From a phage, in the sequence record MK370061.1: a stretch of 774 nt of DNA; one strand, written 5' to 3'. Both the position numbers and the translations under genes were made by a program. A model generated the notes under the pieces. That model saw nothing but the letters and a program-made list of their open reading frames with translations. It was not told the DNA's origin and searched no databases. Below, in pieces: positions 1 to 774 of this stretch; the first letter of the stretch is position 1, and each line of letters opens with the position of its first letter.

Positions 1-774
1 ATGACTATTTCTACTGATACTACTCTTCTTCATGATCCTCGTCGTCAGGCTTCTCTTCTTTATTGGCAGGGTTTTTCTGTTCCTCAGATTGCTGAGATGC
101 TTCAGGTTAAACGTCCTACTGTTCAGTCTTGGAAACAGCGTGATGGTTGGGATGGTATTGCTCCTATTTCTCGTGTTGAGTCTTCTCTTGAGGCTCGTCT
201 TATTCAGCTTATTGCTAAACCTCAGAAATCTGGTGGTGATTTTAAAGAGATTGATCTTCTTGGTCGTCAGATTGAGCGTCTTGCTCGTGTTAATCGTTAT
301 TCTCAGACTGGTAATGAGGCTGATCTTAATCCTAATGTTGCTAATCGTAATAAAGGTGAGCGTAAAAAACCTAAAAAAAATTTTTTTTCTGATGAGGCTA
401 TTGAGAAACTTGAGGAGCTTTTTTTTGATCAGTCTTTTGAGTATCAGCTTCAGTGGTATCGTGCTGGTCTTGCTCATCGTATTCGTGATATTCTTAAATC
501 TCGTCAGATTGGTGCTACTTTTTATTTTTCTCGTGAGGCTCTTCTTCGTGCTCTTAAAACTGGTCATAATCAGATTTTTCTTTCTGCTTCTAAAACTCAG
601 GCTTATGTTTTTCGTGAGTATATTATTCAGTTTGCTCGTCTTGTTGATGTTGATCTTACTGGTGATCCTATTGTTATTGGTAATAATGGTGCTAAACTTA
701 TTTTTCTTGGTACTAATTCTAATACTGCTCAGTCTCATAATGGTGATCTTTATGTTGATGAGATTTTTTGGATT
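1..774 (+). CDS. Phage terminase large (ATPase) subunit, P2 GpP-like family; N-terminal 258 codons, 5'-complete (ATG at nt 1), 3'-truncated by the window end
   Basis: Seen in sequence: frame +1 is open from ATG at nt 1 to nt 774 with no stop; the other two + frames hit stops within the first 15 nt (tga at 2-4, tga at 15-17). Manual translation begins MTISTDTTLLHDPRRQASLLYWQGFSVPQIAEMLQVKRPTVQSWKQRDGWD and continues to ...GAKLIFLGTNSNTAQSHNGDLYVDEIFWI. From established knowledge: an N-terminal HTH segment followed by a KSRQxGxT-type deviant Walker A and an hhhDE Walker B about 80 residues later is the layout of terminase large-subunit ATPase domains. The family assignment is from recall, not a database search. 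No nuclease domain is present because the window ends first. Confidence 0.85.
   Translation, partial: MTISTDTTLLHDPRRQASLLYWQGFSVPQIAEMLQVKRPTVQSWKQRDGWDGIAPISRVESSLEARLIQLIAKPQKSGGDFKEIDLLGRQIERLARVNRYSQTGNEADLNPNVANRNKGERKKPKKNFFSDEAIEKLEELFFDQSFEYQLQWYRAGLAHRIRDILKSRQIGATFYFSREALLRALKTGHNQIFLSASKTQAYVFREYIIQFARLVDVDLTGDPIVIGNNGAKLIFLGTNSNTAQSHNGDLYVDEIFWI
52..153 (+). other. Encoded N-terminal helix-turn-helix-like DNA-binding segment of the terminase (aa 18-51, SLLYWQGFSVPQIAEMLQVKRPTVQSWKQRDGWD)
   Basis: Seen in translation: a short helix (SVPQIAEML), a turn with basic residues (QVKRP), then a second helix (TVQSWKQR), bracketed by aromatic residues. This is typical of small HTH modules at the N-terminus of GpP-like terminase ATPase subunits. 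Boundaries are approximate. Confidence 0.5.
373..388. repeat. Perfect 16-nt self-complementary homopolymer palindrome A8T8 (aaaaaaaatttttttt) inside the CDS
   Basis: Seen in sequence at nt 373-388, produced by codons aaa aaa aat ttt ttt t(ct) encoding K-K-N-F-F-S. A second T8 run lies at nt 419-426 (ctt ttt ttt, encoding L-F-F). Both follow directly from the one-codon-per-residue coding. They would be unusual and mutationally unstable in a native gene. Confidence 0.9.
496..519 (+). other. Encoded deviant Walker A / P-loop of the terminase ATPase (aa 166-173, KSRQIGAT)
   Basis: Seen in translation: KSRQIGAT. It resembles the SRQLGKT Walker A of T4 gp17, but the canonical GK[ST] lysine is alanine, and a lysine sits at the N-terminal end of the motif, as in the lambda gpA-type deviant Walker A. 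A YQ pair (aa 148-149, nt 442-447) lies 17 residues upstream, where terminases carry an adenine-binding Q-motif. Confidence 0.6.
745..762 (+). other. Encoded Walker B-like motif of the terminase ATPase (aa 249-254, DLYVDE)
   Basis: Seen in translation: hydrophobic LYV followed by the acidic pair DE, about 80 residues after the Walker A. Spacing and form fit a terminase Walker B (hhhDE). The downstream coupling motif would lie beyond the window. Confidence 0.5.

Noticed and set aside
97-99. Internal in-frame ATG (Met33) as an alternative translation start
   Set aside because: There is no purine-rich Shine-Dalgarno-like sequence in the preceding 15 nt (ttcctcagattgctgag is not a convincing RBS at the right spacing), and it would remove half of the HTH module. 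The ATG at nt 1 gives a coherent N-terminus.
373-388. A8T8 palindrome as a programmed frameshift or slippery site, phase-variation tract, or A-tract promoter/UP element
   Set aside because: The run arises solely from recoding K-K-N-F-F with aaa/aat/ttt. There is no downstream stimulatory structure or alternative frame with coding potential (the other + frames are closed), and native homologues would not be expected to carry it. As recoded DNA it has no regulatory context.
415-430. T8 run (nt 419-426) as the U-tract of an intrinsic (rho-independent) terminator
   Set aside because: No GC-rich inverted repeat precedes it; the upstream sequence gaggagctt cannot form a stable hairpin. It lies in the middle of a continuous ORF and is produced by ctt ttt ttt encoding L-F-F.
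1-774. A previously undescribed biological system (defence island, toxin-antitoxin, novel operon) in this window
   Set aside because: The window contains one partial gene of a well-known class (phage terminase ATPase subunit), with no neighbouring genes and no intergenic sequence. Nothing in the sequence supports a multi-component or novel system. The only genuinely unusual signal is the artificial codon usage.
1-774. A fully open antisense reading frame on the minus strand, codon-aligned with the sense frame (258 codons without a stop)
   Set aside because: It follows arithmetically from the restricted codon set: an antisense stop requires a sense codon tta, cta or tca, and none of the 19 codons used is one of these. 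The hypothetical antisense product would be low-complexity (rich in aag/aaa Lys, aat/aac Asn, acg/acc Thr, aga Arg) and there is no start or RBS context. It is an artefact, not an overlapping gene.
1-774. Apparent short tandem repeats and strong 3-nt periodicity (ctt ctt, cgt cgt, tct tct, ggt ggt, aat aat, act act) as CRISPR-like or satellite repeats
   Set aside because: These are adjacent identical amino acids (LL, RR, SS, GG, NN, TT) encoded with a single codon each. There is no repeat-spacer architecture and no unit longer than 6 nt apart from the homopolymer tracts.
1-774. Low GC and T-rich coding strand as evidence of horizontal transfer or an AT-rich host
   Set aside because: Base composition is dictated by the fixed codon table (almost all codons end in T, none in C) and so says nothing about the source genome.

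Overview
The whole 774-nt window is a single + strand open reading frame (nt 1-774, 258 sense codons, ATG at position 1, no stop codon before the window ends). By eye it translates to the N-terminal part of a phage terminase large (ATPase) subunit that I recognise from memory as the P2 GpP-like family: an N-terminal helix-turn-helix region, a lysine-rich linker, then an ATPase core with a deviant Walker A (KSRQIGAT) and a Walker B-like LYVDE. The most striking property is at the nucleotide level. Every amino acid is encoded by exactly one codon throughout (19 codons for 19 amino acids, no synonymous variation, no codon ending in C). Natural genes do not look like this, so the DNA is almost certainly a back-translated or recoded version of a protein sequence rather than native genomic sequence. 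I therefore do not see a novel biological system here. I see a well-known phage packaging gene in an artificial coding, and several DNA-level signals (homopolymer palindrome, open antisense frame, 3-nt periodicity) that are by-products of that coding. There is no flanking sequence, so promoters, RBS, terminators and gene neighbourhood cannot be assessed.
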